Of a stretch of 64,000 nt of DNA, positions 47,445-57,178 are shown one piece after another (within the stretch, counting starts at the first letter, position 1; each line of letters opens with the position of its first letter). The translations under genes were made by a program, and so were the position numbers. The notes beneath the pieces were generated by a model that had not been told where the DNA came from, searched no databases, and saw only the letters and a program-made list of their open reading frames with translations. The stretch is from positions 160,468-224,467 of the IMG/VR virus record IMGVR_UViG_3300026521_000471; one strand, written 5' to 3'.

Positions 47445-49466
47445 CTATTTAGTAGCTGTAGCATATTTCATTGCAGTTTTAAACTGTTTTTCATCTGTTA
47501 AGTCTAAATACCCTTTCCATTCCATTGCTCCAGGCATCATATCAATTCCTGCTGCAAAATCTGCAGGATTACCAGGTAAAGCTGAAATTCGACCCTGTGC
47601 AGTTTCAATACTAATTCCAGTCATGGTTAAAAATTTCTTAACTGAAATCGTAAATTTAACATCCTCTGACATTTTAAAGATTCTACTACCAAAATATTTA
47701 TCTATAACTTTTTTTGCTTTAAGAGTTCTTGCAACCTGAGCTTCAGCAGAACTTGTAGCTTGTGATAAAGCGTGATCTCTAATCATTTCATCTGCTAATT
47801 TATTATTTGTAACCAATTTAAGTGTTGGTACTTTAAGTTTAATATCTTTCTTAGATAATGCTATATCTTCATGCAAGGTATCAACATTAATTTTAAACTG
47901 TTTTGCTATTTCAGATCCAATATTCTTAAACGTTTCCGCAATTATTTCATTAAAAGTATAATTGAATTTAACTGGAGCCTCAGTATATTTATCCCACCCA
48001 AAATCATTTAATAACATATTATTTAATTTAGCTTTTTGCATATCATAATTTTTCTTAATAGTTTGCAAAGTAAGAGTAATTACCGGATTGTCAAAATGTT
48101 TTATAATCGCGTCTAAAACATTATCTGGAGTAACACCTACTGTATAACCAGGTTTTAAACCATATTTAATACAATTATAAACATCTGTAAAAGCATCTTT
48201 AATTTTTGGAATTTGATCTTCATTAGGTTTGAATCCATATCGTAACCATACATAACCACCCATACCAATATTTGCATGTAGCTCAACTTTTTTAATTCCA
48301 GCAGCTTTATATAATTTCAACATATCAGTAATTGCTGATTTAGATAAACCTGTCTTTTGAGCCGATGGTGGAACTTCAAATAGTGTGTGTTGTACCTTCT
48401 CAATCTCCCCATTATCACCAATAGTAAATGTTCTAGTAAAGTTTGTTTCCTCTTGAATATCTTGAAAACTTACTACTAGTTGATTACCAATCATTTTACT
48501 AGTTGTTAAAAATTCTCTATTTAATTCATTAGGAATAAACTTTGCAAAATTTACAAGAATATCAGATACCATAACACTTACTACTTTCTTGATTTTTTTA
48601 GCTTTTTTCTCTGGATATTTACTTAAATCAATATCATTAATTGCAGCATGTAATTGATTCTCAACAATATCAGCTTTAGCCTCAACTTCTGGTGAAATTT
48701 TTGCTTCCTTAAATTTAATTTTTGAATATTCTTCAATATCAACTAAATCTATATCTAACTCATGGGTTAATGTTTCTACTTCAGACATCTTTGAATCCAA
48801 AACATCATTATTTTTAGAAATTCGTTCATTTACAGTTTTGCTAATAATATCAATTTCTTCAGTACTCATAGAACGTAATTTAGAATTTAAATCCGGTTCT
48901 AAATCATTTTGAGTATCCTCAGCAGGTATAACTTCCTCATCATTTTGGTTGATTTGTTGAGGTTTTACATCATTTTCAAAAACAAGTATTCTTGTTAGTT
49001 CTAATGTATCCCTACCCCTTAATCCCGGCTTTTCGTGTAATAAAGTTTTTGCAAACTTAATTATAACTTTTTTCTGATAATCGTTTAATTCACCATGCTT
49101 TGTTTTTGCAAAAGCTGTTCCTAAAACTGATGGTTTATAGCTATTAATCTTTGCATAACGTAATAGAGTTTCAAATAATAAATCGTATAATTTTTTCTTA
49201 TGAGGTTTTAATGCAGCTATCGATTTTTTAGTCTTTAAAACTTTTCTTAAACTATTGTATCTAGTAGTTATTTCTTTTAAGTTTTCACTTTCTTCAAATG
49301 CTTTTTTTACTTTAGGTCCGGTAGGTAGGGACTCATAATCTCTTAATTGACATGTAAGAATTAACCTTAAAATATTAACAGGTTCTGAATATTTTTTAAA
49401 TTTTGTACCGTCTACTGGAGTATAATTTTCTCTCTCAAGCAATTCTACTATTCTTGCCATTTTCAT
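47445..49466 (-). CDS. large protein with central GNAT-like acetyltransferase domain
   Basis: FEVPPSAQKTGLSK (Q/RxxGxG/A-like), GIKKVELHANIGMGGYVWLRYGF. Confidence 0.6.
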   Translation of the reverse strand: MKMARIVELLERENYTPVDGTKFKKYSEPVNILRLILTCQLRDYESLPTGPKVKKAFEESENLKEITTRYNSLRKVLKTKKSIAALKPHKKKLYDLLFETLLRYAKINSYKPSVLGTAFAKTKHGELNDYQKKVIIKFAKTLLHEKPGLRGRDTLELTRILVFENDVKPQQINQNDEEVIPAEDTQNDLEPDLNSKLRSMSTEEIDIISKTVNERISKNNDVLDSKMSEVETLTHELDIDLVDIEEYSKIKFKEAKISPEVEAKADIVENQLHAAINDIDLSKYPEKKAKKIKKVVSVMVSDILVNFAKFIPNELNREFLTTSKMIGNQLVVSFQDIQEETNFTRTFTIGDNGEIEKVQHTLFEVPPSAQKTGLSKSAITDMLKLYKAAGIKKVELHANIGMGGYVWLRYGFKPNEDQIPKIKDAFTDVYNCIKYGLKPGYTVGVTPDNVLDAIIKHFDNPVITLTLQTIKKNYDMQKAKLNNMLLNDFGWDKYTEAPVKFNYTFNEIIAETFKNIGSEIAKQFKINVDTLHEDIALSKKDIKLKVPTLKLVTNNKLADEMIRDHALSQATSSAEAQVARTLKAKKVIDKYFGSRIFKMSEDVKFTISVKKFLTMTGISIETAQGRISALPGNPADFAAGIDMMPGAMEWKGYLDLTDEKQFKTAMKYATATK

Positions 49467-49533
49467 TCCTTTATCTGTTTTAATCTATTTATTCAAAAAA
49501 TAACTTTATTTTTAAAAAAATGGGGGGTGCTAA

Positions 49534-49620
49534 TTGATAATGATTATTAAAATCATTATCAAATAATTTTAAGATTAAATTAAGGGTCTAAATGATTTTG
49601 ATAATAATAATCATTATCAA
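49534..49620. promoter_or_regulatory. Fur-box-like palindromes B and C
   Basis: ttgataatgattattaaaatcattatcaa (49534-49562); GATAATAATAATCATTATC (49600-49618, 18/19 match). Confidence 0.65.
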
Positions 49621-49765
49621 TTTGACCCCGACACCTCTTGAAATTCTAAAATAACTTTTCTTATTTCGATTGCTAAGGTAGTTGAAAAAATTCCCTGATA
49701 AATCCTTGACTTATTTACTTTATTTTGATATAATATATCTATAATAAATAAAAGGAAAATAAACT

Positions 49766-50611
49766 ATGGAGATGAATGTGATTAAAGCAATAGAGGAAGC
49801 AGAAGTAGTTATTATTACAGCAGGTGCTGGGATCGGGATTGATTCTGGCCTACCAGATTTTCGTGGAAATGAAGGAATGTGGAAAGCTTACCCACCACTA
49901 AAAAAGAAAAATATTGACTTTATGTCAATTGCTAATCCAAAACAATTTAAACAATATCCTGAACTTGCTTGGGCTTTTTACGGTCATCGTTTTGACACTT
50001 ATAAAGCGACAACTCCAAATATTGGTTTTGCAGCCTTGAAAGAGTTAGTTAAAGATAAAAAAGATTATTTCATTGTTACATCGAATGTTGATGGACAATT
50101 TCAGAAAGCCGGATTTGATAAAAATAAAGTATATGAAGTGCATGGAAGAATCAATAAGTTTCAATGTACTGATTGTAATGCAGAACCTTGGGATGCACCG
50201 GAAGATACAAAGTTTGATGTGGATCCCAACACGTTTAAAATTAAAGGGGAACTTCCAAAATGTCCTAAATGTGGTGCAATGGCTAGACCAAATATTATGA
50301 TGTTTAATGATTTTGGATTTAATACGAAAGAAACTTCTGAACAAGAAAAACGTTTCAATCAATTCATGCATAAGTATGACAAAAACGGTACAAAAATAGT
50401 AGTTATTGAAATTGGTGCTGGTACAGCAATACCAACTATTAGAAATATGGGTGAATTTATACAAGAAAAAATACCGGATGCGCAGCTTGTTAGAATTAAT
50501 CCTAGAGAATCTCATGGTCCAATAGGTACAATATCAATTCCAAAAGGTGGCGTTGAAGCATTAGGTGAAATTCTACCTAAGAAAATAGCAGATCTATTTT
50601 TTGTGAAATAA
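49766..50611 (+). CDS. Sir2-family NAD-dependent deacylase
   Basis: TAGAGIGIDSGLPDFRG, TSNVDG, EVHG, CTDC/CPKC, RPNIMMF. Confidence 0.92.
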   Translation: MEMNVIKAIEEAEVVIITAGAGIGIDSGLPDFRGNEGMWKAYPPLKKKNIDFMSIANPKQFKQYPELAWAFYGHRFDTYKATTPNIGFAALKELVKDKKDYFIVTSNVDGQFQKAGFDKNKVYEVHGRINKFQCTDCNAEPWDAPEDTKFDVDPNTFKIKGELPKCPKCGAMARPNIMMFNDFGFNTKETSEQEKRFNQFMHKYDKNGTKIVVIEIGAGTAIPTIRNMGEFIQEKIPDAQLVRINPRESHGPIGTISIPKGGVEALGEILPKKIADLFFVK

Positions 50612-51832
50612 TTATCCCATTGTATAACTAATAGAGCAATTCTTTATATATTCTGTGGTTTCTACAATATCATAGTGACCTTTTTTCATAAATGATTGGA
50701 TCTTCATCCTAGTGTCTCTGGCACTAGTAGATACCTCAACACCTTTTTCTATATCATAGAGCTTATAATTATTATTAACTGTTATAAATTGATTATCTTT
50801 ACTATAATCTTGTAAAACCACTAAACCTTCGTGCTCATAGTTATTATATTTGATATTATTCAACCATTCTTGTAATAACACTTTAGCTTCATATTCATCT
50901 CTTAATTTAAAAGCTTCTTTTCGTAGCTTATGTTTGTATGCTTCAGGATTTTCTATAGCATCTTTTGTTTTGAATCTCGTTATTTCTTTAAACTTACGAT
51001 TTATATCTCTTTCTACATAATATGCAACTTTTCTATTCATCAAAAATTCTTTACTAAAGTACGTATCTGGATCTTCAACTTCAGGTGCAACATGTGTTAC
51101 TATTCTAACTTCAGCTGTTTGTACTCTATTTGTTTCAGCAACAGTTGATTTAATTTTATTATATTCAAAATATAAATTTGTTTTTTCATTTAACTCTTTA
51201 GAAACCCTCTTTAAAATATTGCTATTTAACCTTGACCAAGTAAGCTCTTTATATTCCAAACCAAAATCGATCATTCGCACTAATTCTTCTATTGAATAAG
51301 TGCTTACAGTTCTATCTTTTTTATAGAATTTTTCATAAATTATTTTGCTATATTTGCTTTTCAATCCATACTTATCAATTCTATACAACAATGCAAATAA
51401 ATGCAGATTATTTCTCAATAACTTAACTAAAGTAGTATTTACAATAATATTCAATCTTTTATTAATGTCATTATCAGTACTACTTATATTATATTGATAA
51501 ACAAATGTTGCTTTAGACATAAGAACACTATTATCATTTTCATGGTATATTGTTGCAACAGATTTTGAAAGCGATTCAAGTGTTTGCATGATAGTTTCAA
51601 TACGCAATTCTAAAAAACCCAATGATGAAGATAATTCATGCATATTAGTATCTATCACGTATCCTAATTGATTTCGATCAATACCTTCCGTAGCAAAAGC
51701 ATCATCTCGTTCAACAATATTAATAAGTACATTAACTAAGTCAATTTCAGATTTTGTAATATTCCAAAAGAGATGTTTAAATTTAGATTGCAACCATAAG
51801 ACCTTTATAATTTTTAAATTATTTATACTCAA
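50612..51832 (-). CDS. second Rep_3-like initiator protein
   Basis: LKSKYSKIIYE, WSRLNSNILKRVSKELNEKTNL; paralogous to 43518-44678. Confidence 0.7.
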   Translation of the reverse strand: MSINNLKIIKVLWLQSKFKHLFWNITKSEIDLVNVLINIVERDDAFATEGIDRNQLGYVIDTNMHELSSSLGFLELRIETIMQTLESLSKSVATIYHENDNSVLMSKATFVYQYNISSTDNDINKRLNIIVNTTLVKLLRNNLHLFALLYRIDKYGLKSKYSKIIYEKFYKKDRTVSTYSIEELVRMIDFGLEYKELTWSRLNSNILKRVSKELNEKTNLYFEYNKIKSTVAETNRVQTAEVRIVTHVAPEVEDPDTYFSKEFLMNRKVAYYVERDINRKFKEITRFKTKDAIENPEAYKHKLRKEAFKLRDEYEAKVLLQEWLNNIKYNNYEHEGLVVLQDYSKDNQFITVNNNYKLYDIEKGVEVSTSARDTRMKIQSFMKKGHYDIVETTEYIKNCSISYTMG

Positions 51833-51949
51833 TATTTTACAAAAAACTAAAAAATATTTTTTAAGTTTTTTTAGTTTTGGGGTTATTTTTATATTCCTTT
51901 AAGTAAATTTGTGATATAATATTTCATATTAAAAATAAAAAGGAAAAAC

Positions 51950-53074
51950 ATGCTACCACACATCATTAATGGGAATGGGACAATCAGTATTATGTTGGAT
52001 GGGACTATGAAACCTATCGATACAGCGCATAAAAATTATGAAGCCATTAAAGAGGCTCTTAAAAACCAAGAATGGGATTTAGTACCAGAATTAGTAAATA
52101 TTGCTCAAGAAGTAGAAGATGCAATCAATGCAAGTGATATTGGTGAAAATACAGTTACTATTAAGGATGGAGAAGTACTATATAATGGTAGTCCTATCCA
52201 TAATACACTAACTGATCGTATTATTTCAATGGCAAAAGAAGGCTTTGATATTAGTCATATGGTTAAATTCTTAGAAAATCTTATGAAAAACCCTTCATAT
52301 CGTGCTGTAAATGAACTTTATGATTTTCTTGAAGTCGGTGCAATTCCAATTACTGAAAATGGAACATTTCTCGCTTACAAAAAAATCAGAAATGATTGGA
52401 AAGACATTTATACAGGGACGATTGATAACTCAATAGGTGCAGTTATTTCAATGCCTCGTAATCAGGTAAATGAAGACTCTAATCAAACTTGTAGTACTGG
52501 GTTACATGTTTGTAGTTACGATTATCTTCCTTCATTTGGTTCAACTGGCGATGATAGAGTTGTTATCTGCGAAATAAATCCGTCGGATGTTGTTTCTATC
52601 CCAAAAGATTATAACAATACTAAGATGCGATGTTGCGAATATAAAGTAATCGGTGAAGTTGAAGATTATCAAGCTGAAAACACTTTAGCTAAACAATCAG
52701 TAGTCGAAACTTCAGATGTTACAGAAGGTAAAATCGATGGTACTGTTGATACTGTTGCTGAAGAAGCAAAGGCTATCGGAAAACAAATTACTGATGGATT
52801 AGACGATTGTACTATCGATGATGCATGGATCAGAGCAGTTCTAAATGATAAAGGTTTGCCAAATGAAACTATGAAATCATTTAATAGAAAAACTCTAAGA
52901 AATGATACAACAGGCATTGGTAAGATGATTGCACGATTAATCAAATCTGGTGATCTAGATAAATCTATTCTAGATGAGATCCTCGAAAAAGATACTTCTG
53001 AAGATGTATGTGGTCGTTGTGGTCATGATTTAGATGGAATGAGTGAATGTCCGAGTTGTGGATACTACAATTAA
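51950..53074 (+). CDS. rIIB: RIIB-like protein
   Basis: FLENLMKNPS, ELYDFL, GTFLAYKKI, MPRNQV, CSTGLHVC, DVVSIPKDYNNTKMRCCEY. Confidence 0.9.
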   Translation: MLPHIINGNGTISIMLDGTMKPIDTAHKNYEAIKEALKNQEWDLVPELVNIAQEVEDAINASDIGENTVTIKDGEVLYNGSPIHNTLTDRIISMAKEGFDISHMVKFLENLMKNPSYRAVNELYDFLEVGAIPITENGTFLAYKKIRNDWKDIYTGTIDNSIGAVISMPRNQVNEDSNQTCSTGLHVCSYDYLPSFGSTGDDRVVICEINPSDVVSIPKDYNNTKMRCCEYKVIGEVEDYQAENTLAKQSVVETSDVTEGKIDGTVDTVAEEAKAIGKQITDGLDDCTIDDAWIRAVLNDKGLPNETMKSFNRKTLRNDTTGIGKMIARLIKSGDLDKSILDEILEKDTSEDVCGRCGHDLDGMSECPSCGYYN

Positions 53075-53207
53075 ATCTACCTTAAAATAACTTCAAATTT
53101 TGGTCATAGATAATATTCTATGACCATTCTTCATTTTTTTACCTCTAAACTTGACTTTTAATTTAAATTTTGATATAATATAGTAATTTTAAATTAAAGG
53201 AACATTT

Positions 53208-54068
53208 ATGTCAGAAGTACAAATCCCATTATCCGAACAAGAATCTTTTAAATCGTTTGAAGAAGCCTATCATTCAGTTCAAGGAACAAGAACATCTATG
53301 GTTATGAAATTTAAATCATATACCGGTCCTAGCTATGGTATTGATGACTTATTTTCTGTTGCAGATGAAGCAATCGTTAAAGCATGGAATGATTGGGATC
53401 CATCAATGTCAAAGTTTAATACATATGTTCAAAATCATATTCAATGGGGTATTTGGAATTTTTTAAATGCTATGAATAGCACCTTTAAAACTAATGCAGT
53501 AACCACATATGAATTGACTCAAGAAGGTGACTCATATAAGGAGATAAAGGAGAGAGGTTTAACAAAATCTAAAGAATTCAATGATTTGCATGAGCTTGAT
53601 GGGAGTGAACAGGCAAAAGATCGATTTAATAGAGATCTATTCAATGAGTATGTTCGTTTTGAAACATCAAAAAGACGACCATTTAAACTTGCAACTGCAT
53701 CAAATTTTCAAACTCAAGATGCCGATGATTTTGATATTATGGAAACTGCGGTAGGGACTCCATTTGCAGAAAAATCATGGATAGAAGATTTAAATATGAC
53801 AGAAGCAGAAGTTGAACTTGAAATTACCAAATTAGATAGAGACAAGCGTAGAGTAGCAGAAGCATTACTAAATGGTGAAACTATATCTGATTTAGCAAAA
53901 GAGTTTGGAGTTTCAAAAATAGCATTTATGCAGATGTTTGCACCTGAAACATCCGGAACTAGAGGTAAAGCAAAAATATCAAGAAAACAAGCACGACTAG
54001 CTCATGCAAAAAAACAACGAGCTTTAAAACTTGCGCAAATAAATGAAAAAAGTGCCAATGAGGCTTGA
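53208..54068 (+). CDS. sigma70-family-like factor
   Basis: Region-2-like DDL..ADEAIVKAWNDWDPSMSKFNTYV; region-4-like HTH GETISDLAKEFGVSK. Confidence 0.7.
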   Translation: MSEVQIPLSEQESFKSFEEAYHSVQGTRTSMVMKFKSYTGPSYGIDDLFSVADEAIVKAWNDWDPSMSKFNTYVQNHIQWGIWNFLNAMNSTFKTNAVTTYELTQEGDSYKEIKERGLTKSKEFNDLHELDGSEQAKDRFNRDLFNEYVRFETSKRRPFKLATASNFQTQDADDFDIMETAVGTPFAEKSWIEDLNMTEAEVELEITKLDRDKRRVAEALLNGETISDLAKEFGVSKIAFMQMFAPETSGTRGKAKISRKQARLAHAKKQRALKLAQINEKSANEA

Positions 54069-54121
54069 TTTATTTCCTAATTTTAGATATAATTATATAT
54101 ATTTAAATTAAAGGAACAATT

Positions 54122-54511
54122 ATGAAAGTTTGGACTGAAAATTATGGAGCTGATGCAGATGGTAACAGAGGTATTTTAACAACTTTTGCAGAGTTAGAGC
54201 CAGAGGATGATGAGGTAGTTATTGAAGAACTATATGAATCATTTATTGAAGATAGAGGCGATTTACCAAAAACGATGAATGTTTATATAGATGACTTTGA
54301 ATTTGAAGTTGATACTGAAGATTATCGTGATCAATTAGTTGGGCGTTTAATGGAAGATGAAGATACAGATTTAGAAGATAAATTCCTAGTTCTTTATTGG
54401 CTTAAAGAGAATGAGACTGATGATTATAAGAACGAACTCGATTTGGTAACTGCTAAATTAACAGCAAAAGTAGCTGATACAACCGAACGATTGATTGAAG
54501 AATATCTCTAA
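54122..54511 (+). CDS. acidic hypothetical protein
   Basis: Promoter cassette upstream. Confidence 0.6.
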   Translation: MKVWTENYGADADGNRGILTTFAELEPEDDEVVIEELYESFIEDRGDLPKTMNVYIDDFEFEVDTEDYRDQLVGRLMEDEDTDLEDKFLVLYWLKENETDDYKNELDLVTAKLTAKVADTTERLIEEYL

Positions 54512-54574
54512 AAAGCTTGACTTTTTAGTCAAGTTATGTTATAATATGGCATAATTAATCAAAAGGATAACAAA

Positions 54575-54850
54575 ATGGTAAAAGTTAAAGTTTCAAATAT
54601 GGTAGGTAATAGTGGTAGAGAAGTAGCAAATCAATTTATCATCGAAACAGATGAAGGTAGATTTTTTCAATCATACGAAACGATCATAGCATTTATTGCA
54701 AATGATGGTTCTGTTACACTAAACAATATTTATGATCATTCAACTACAACTGGGAAATACAGAAATGCATTCTTAGGTGATAGTGGTGTTGCTGAAACAA
54801 GAAAAAAAGTTGCAAGTGGAGAATATAAACTTGCGGATTTAAATTCATAA
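54575..54850 (+). CDS. conserved phage hypothetical protein
   Basis: ANQFII..FQSYETIIA..STTTGKYRN.FL. Confidence 0.65.
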   Translation: MVKVKVSNMVGNSGREVANQFIIETDEGRFFQSYETIIAFIANDGSVTLNNIYDHSTTTGKYRNAFLGDSGVAETRKKVASGEYKLADLNS

Positions 54851-54861
54851 GGATAGAGGTC

Positions 54862-55080
54862 ATGACAATTTTATTAACAGCATACAACCCTAACTTTAGT
54901 GATAAAGTTAAAGCTAATATTAGTGCTAAAGTTGAGCCTACTATGGTTTCAACCCATAGCGATAGTCAATCATTCGATTTGGAAGCTGCAGTAAATATTA
55001 TTACTCATTTTGGAAATGATAATGATCAAGAGATTCTAGAAAATTTGAATCAACAACATGTGGATTATATTGAATTTTAA
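54862..55080 (+). CDS. hypothetical protein
   Basis: RBS present. Confidence 0.55.
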   Translation: MTILLTAYNPNFSDKVKANISAKVEPTMVSTHSDSQSFDLEAAVNIITHFGNDNDQEILENLNQQHVDYIEF

Positions 55081-55150
55081 TTCAAAATACTTGACTTTAT
55101 ACCTAAATTAGGGTATAATATATTATATAAAAAGAAAAGGATAAAAACAA

Positions 55151-55465
55151 ATGCCATTAACAAAAGAAATCAAAATGGGAATTTACACTAAAGGTTCTGG
55201 GATTAGACTTATCGGTGAATTAGATTTAATCACTCAAGATGAAGGCCATAAAGATGAAGCGATTTATTTGGTTACAATGGCCATGATGAGAGACCCGAGA
55301 GAACCAATCGGTGAAAAAGAGATGAAAGAATACGAAAATGCTGTCAAATCTATGTTTAGAGATCATAGACATGATTATAAAGCTAAAGATCGTGCTGAAG
55401 CAGATAAATTCATTGAATATAATATAGGGTCTTGGGAAGAAGTAAGATCTCTATCTAAAATCTAA
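55151..55465 (+). CDS. hypothetical protein
   Basis: Promoter cassette upstream. Confidence 0.6.
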   Translation: MPLTKEIKMGIYTKGSGIRLIGELDLITQDEGHKDEAIYLVTMAMMRDPREPIGEKEMKEYENAVKSMFRDHRHDYKAKDRAEADKFIEYNIGSWEEVRSLSKI

Positions 55466-55552
55466 AACCCTTTGTGGACTTTTTGAGCCGGTAAGTCCCT
55501 TATAAAGAAACATGGCAATTCCTTTGTAAGAAACTCTATACACTATAACACT

Positions 55553-55661
55553 TTGTGGAAAGAGATGGGAACATCTGGTGGAGGGGCTATCTCTTCCACA
55601 ATAGTAAGAATAGTGAAGATGAATTTGGGTGGTGTGCACTTTTTCATCTTCACTATTCTTA
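55553..55661. other. two adjacent long hairpins (candidate structured RNA)
   Basis: 13-bp stem with one bulge (55553-55601); perfect 19-bp stem (55605-55623/55643-55661). Confidence 0.65.
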
Positions 55662-55685
55662 TTGTATAATAAATAGTAGAAAACT

Positions 55686-56708
55686 ATGGAGTTATATATG
55701 CCTCAATCAAAAACAATCAAAATACAAGTTTGGACAGATTTAAATTATTGTAGAGTAATTGGTATATGGTATCCTGAAGAACCAGAAGATGCTATTGATT
55801 TTAATGATGCACCATATCTGTTAGTATTATCTAGTATTTTTGAACCTCGTACTGAAGTTATGGGTAATAATCCTATTGCACCAGGTCAACATCCAATACC
55901 TAAAGATTTTTTAGAAAAACAAATAAGACATATAAGTTATCTTTTTGCAAATGATTTTGGTACTTTTCAACCATATTCAAAAGGGATAGCAAAAACATTT
56001 TTAGCTAAACAAACTGTATCATATAAAAAAGTAAAAGAGTTTGATATGACCGTTACACCTGCATCTGGCTCTATATCATTAAAGGCATTTAGAGATAGTA
56101 TTGACCAATATACAGAAGAAGAACAAGAAGCTATCCAAGTAATGACTATTGGTGAAAATCCTCAAGATGCTCATGCTAAAGATATTGAAGATTTTATACA
56201 TATAGAAAAAAGCGATAACATTGAACAATATATCTCAATAACAAAACTTACCCCAGTTTATGGTATAGATGATCCATATATTGTTAAAACAAGTCTCCCT
56301 GAAGATCCTGCATTTTCATCTCTTCCTCCAGGTACAGAAGATGCAGAAGCATCACAAGAATTTATAGAAACCGTTGAAGCTGCAAAAACAGAAGATACAA
56401 TCAATAGAGAGACTTTAATAACTTATGATACTTTGTCTGAAACACCTCAACCCGTTCTTGATGAAAACGGTGAGCAAGTTCTTAATGAAAACGGTGAACC
56501 TGTTACCGAATTAAGAGAACCAACAAGAGAAGAAGTTTTAGAGGCTTTATTAAAAGATAAAGAGGCTCAAATTGCAGCCCTTCAACCTCAACCAGTAAAG
56601 GAAAAATTACCTCAACCATTATCAGAAGCAGATCTATTCCCAGAGGAAGCTGCAGACCAATTAGAAAGAGAAACCCTCAATACAACATTCACACCAAAAG
56701 AGATGTAA
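55686..56708 (+). CDS. acidic Pro/Glu-rich protein, possibly late/virion-associated
   Basis: AATAAATA and GGAG before ATG 55698; VLDENGEQVLNENGEP repeat. Confidence 0.6.
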   Translation: MELYMPQSKTIKIQVWTDLNYCRVIGIWYPEEPEDAIDFNDAPYLLVLSSIFEPRTEVMGNNPIAPGQHPIPKDFLEKQIRHISYLFANDFGTFQPYSKGIAKTFLAKQTVSYKKVKEFDMTVTPASGSISLKAFRDSIDQYTEEEQEAIQVMTIGENPQDAHAKDIEDFIHIEKSDNIEQYISITKLTPVYGIDDPYIVKTSLPEDPAFSSLPPGTEDAEASQEFIETVEAAKTEDTINRETLITYDTLSETPQPVLDENGEQVLNENGEPVTELREPTREEVLEALLKDKEAQIAALQPQPVKEKLPQPLSEADLFPEEAADQLERETLNTTFTPKEM

Positions 56709-56712
56709 TTTT

Positions 56713-56741
56713 TTGATAATGATTTTAATAATCATTATCAA
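56713..56741. promoter_or_regulatory. Fur-box-like palindrome D
   Basis: ttgataatgattttaataatcattatcaa, exact reverse complement of B. Confidence 0.65.
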
Positions 56742-56824
56742 TTAGCCCCCATTTAAATTAATAAACTTGACTTTTTACCTATTTTATGTTATAATATGGC
56801 ATAATTAAAGAAAAGGTGTAAAAG

Positions 56825-57169
56825 ATGATTATCACAACAAATAATGATATTAAAATCTACCAAATTTTTGAAGATATATATGATGGTATTGATAATTTTA
56901 TGGATATAGAAAGTCGTAATGTTATTGAACTTACAAAAATTATTATTAATAAAAACTCTCAGTTTAAGACACCAATATTTTTAGACAGTTATAGTAAAAG
57001 AATTGATAAATCATTTAAAAGAGAAACTGTGTGGTTTATTAAATGTGATAGTATAGTTTTTGATTGTAAAAGTGAAGAAATTGCAAATGCACTTTTTGAC
57101 AAAATTGCCTTAGTTTTAGAATTTGGCGATGAACCTTTAAAAACTGTCGATGACCTTTTTGTATTTTAG
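56825..57169 (+). CDS. hypothetical protein (C-terminal DDLFVF)
   Basis: Promoter cassette upstream. Confidence 0.6.
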   Translation: MIITTNNDIKIYQIFEDIYDGIDNFMDIESRNVIELTKIIINKNSQFKTPIFLDSYSKRIDKSFKRETVWFIKCDSIVFDCKSEEIANALFDKIALVLEFGDEPLKTVDDLFVF

Positions 57170-57178
57170 GAGTACATT

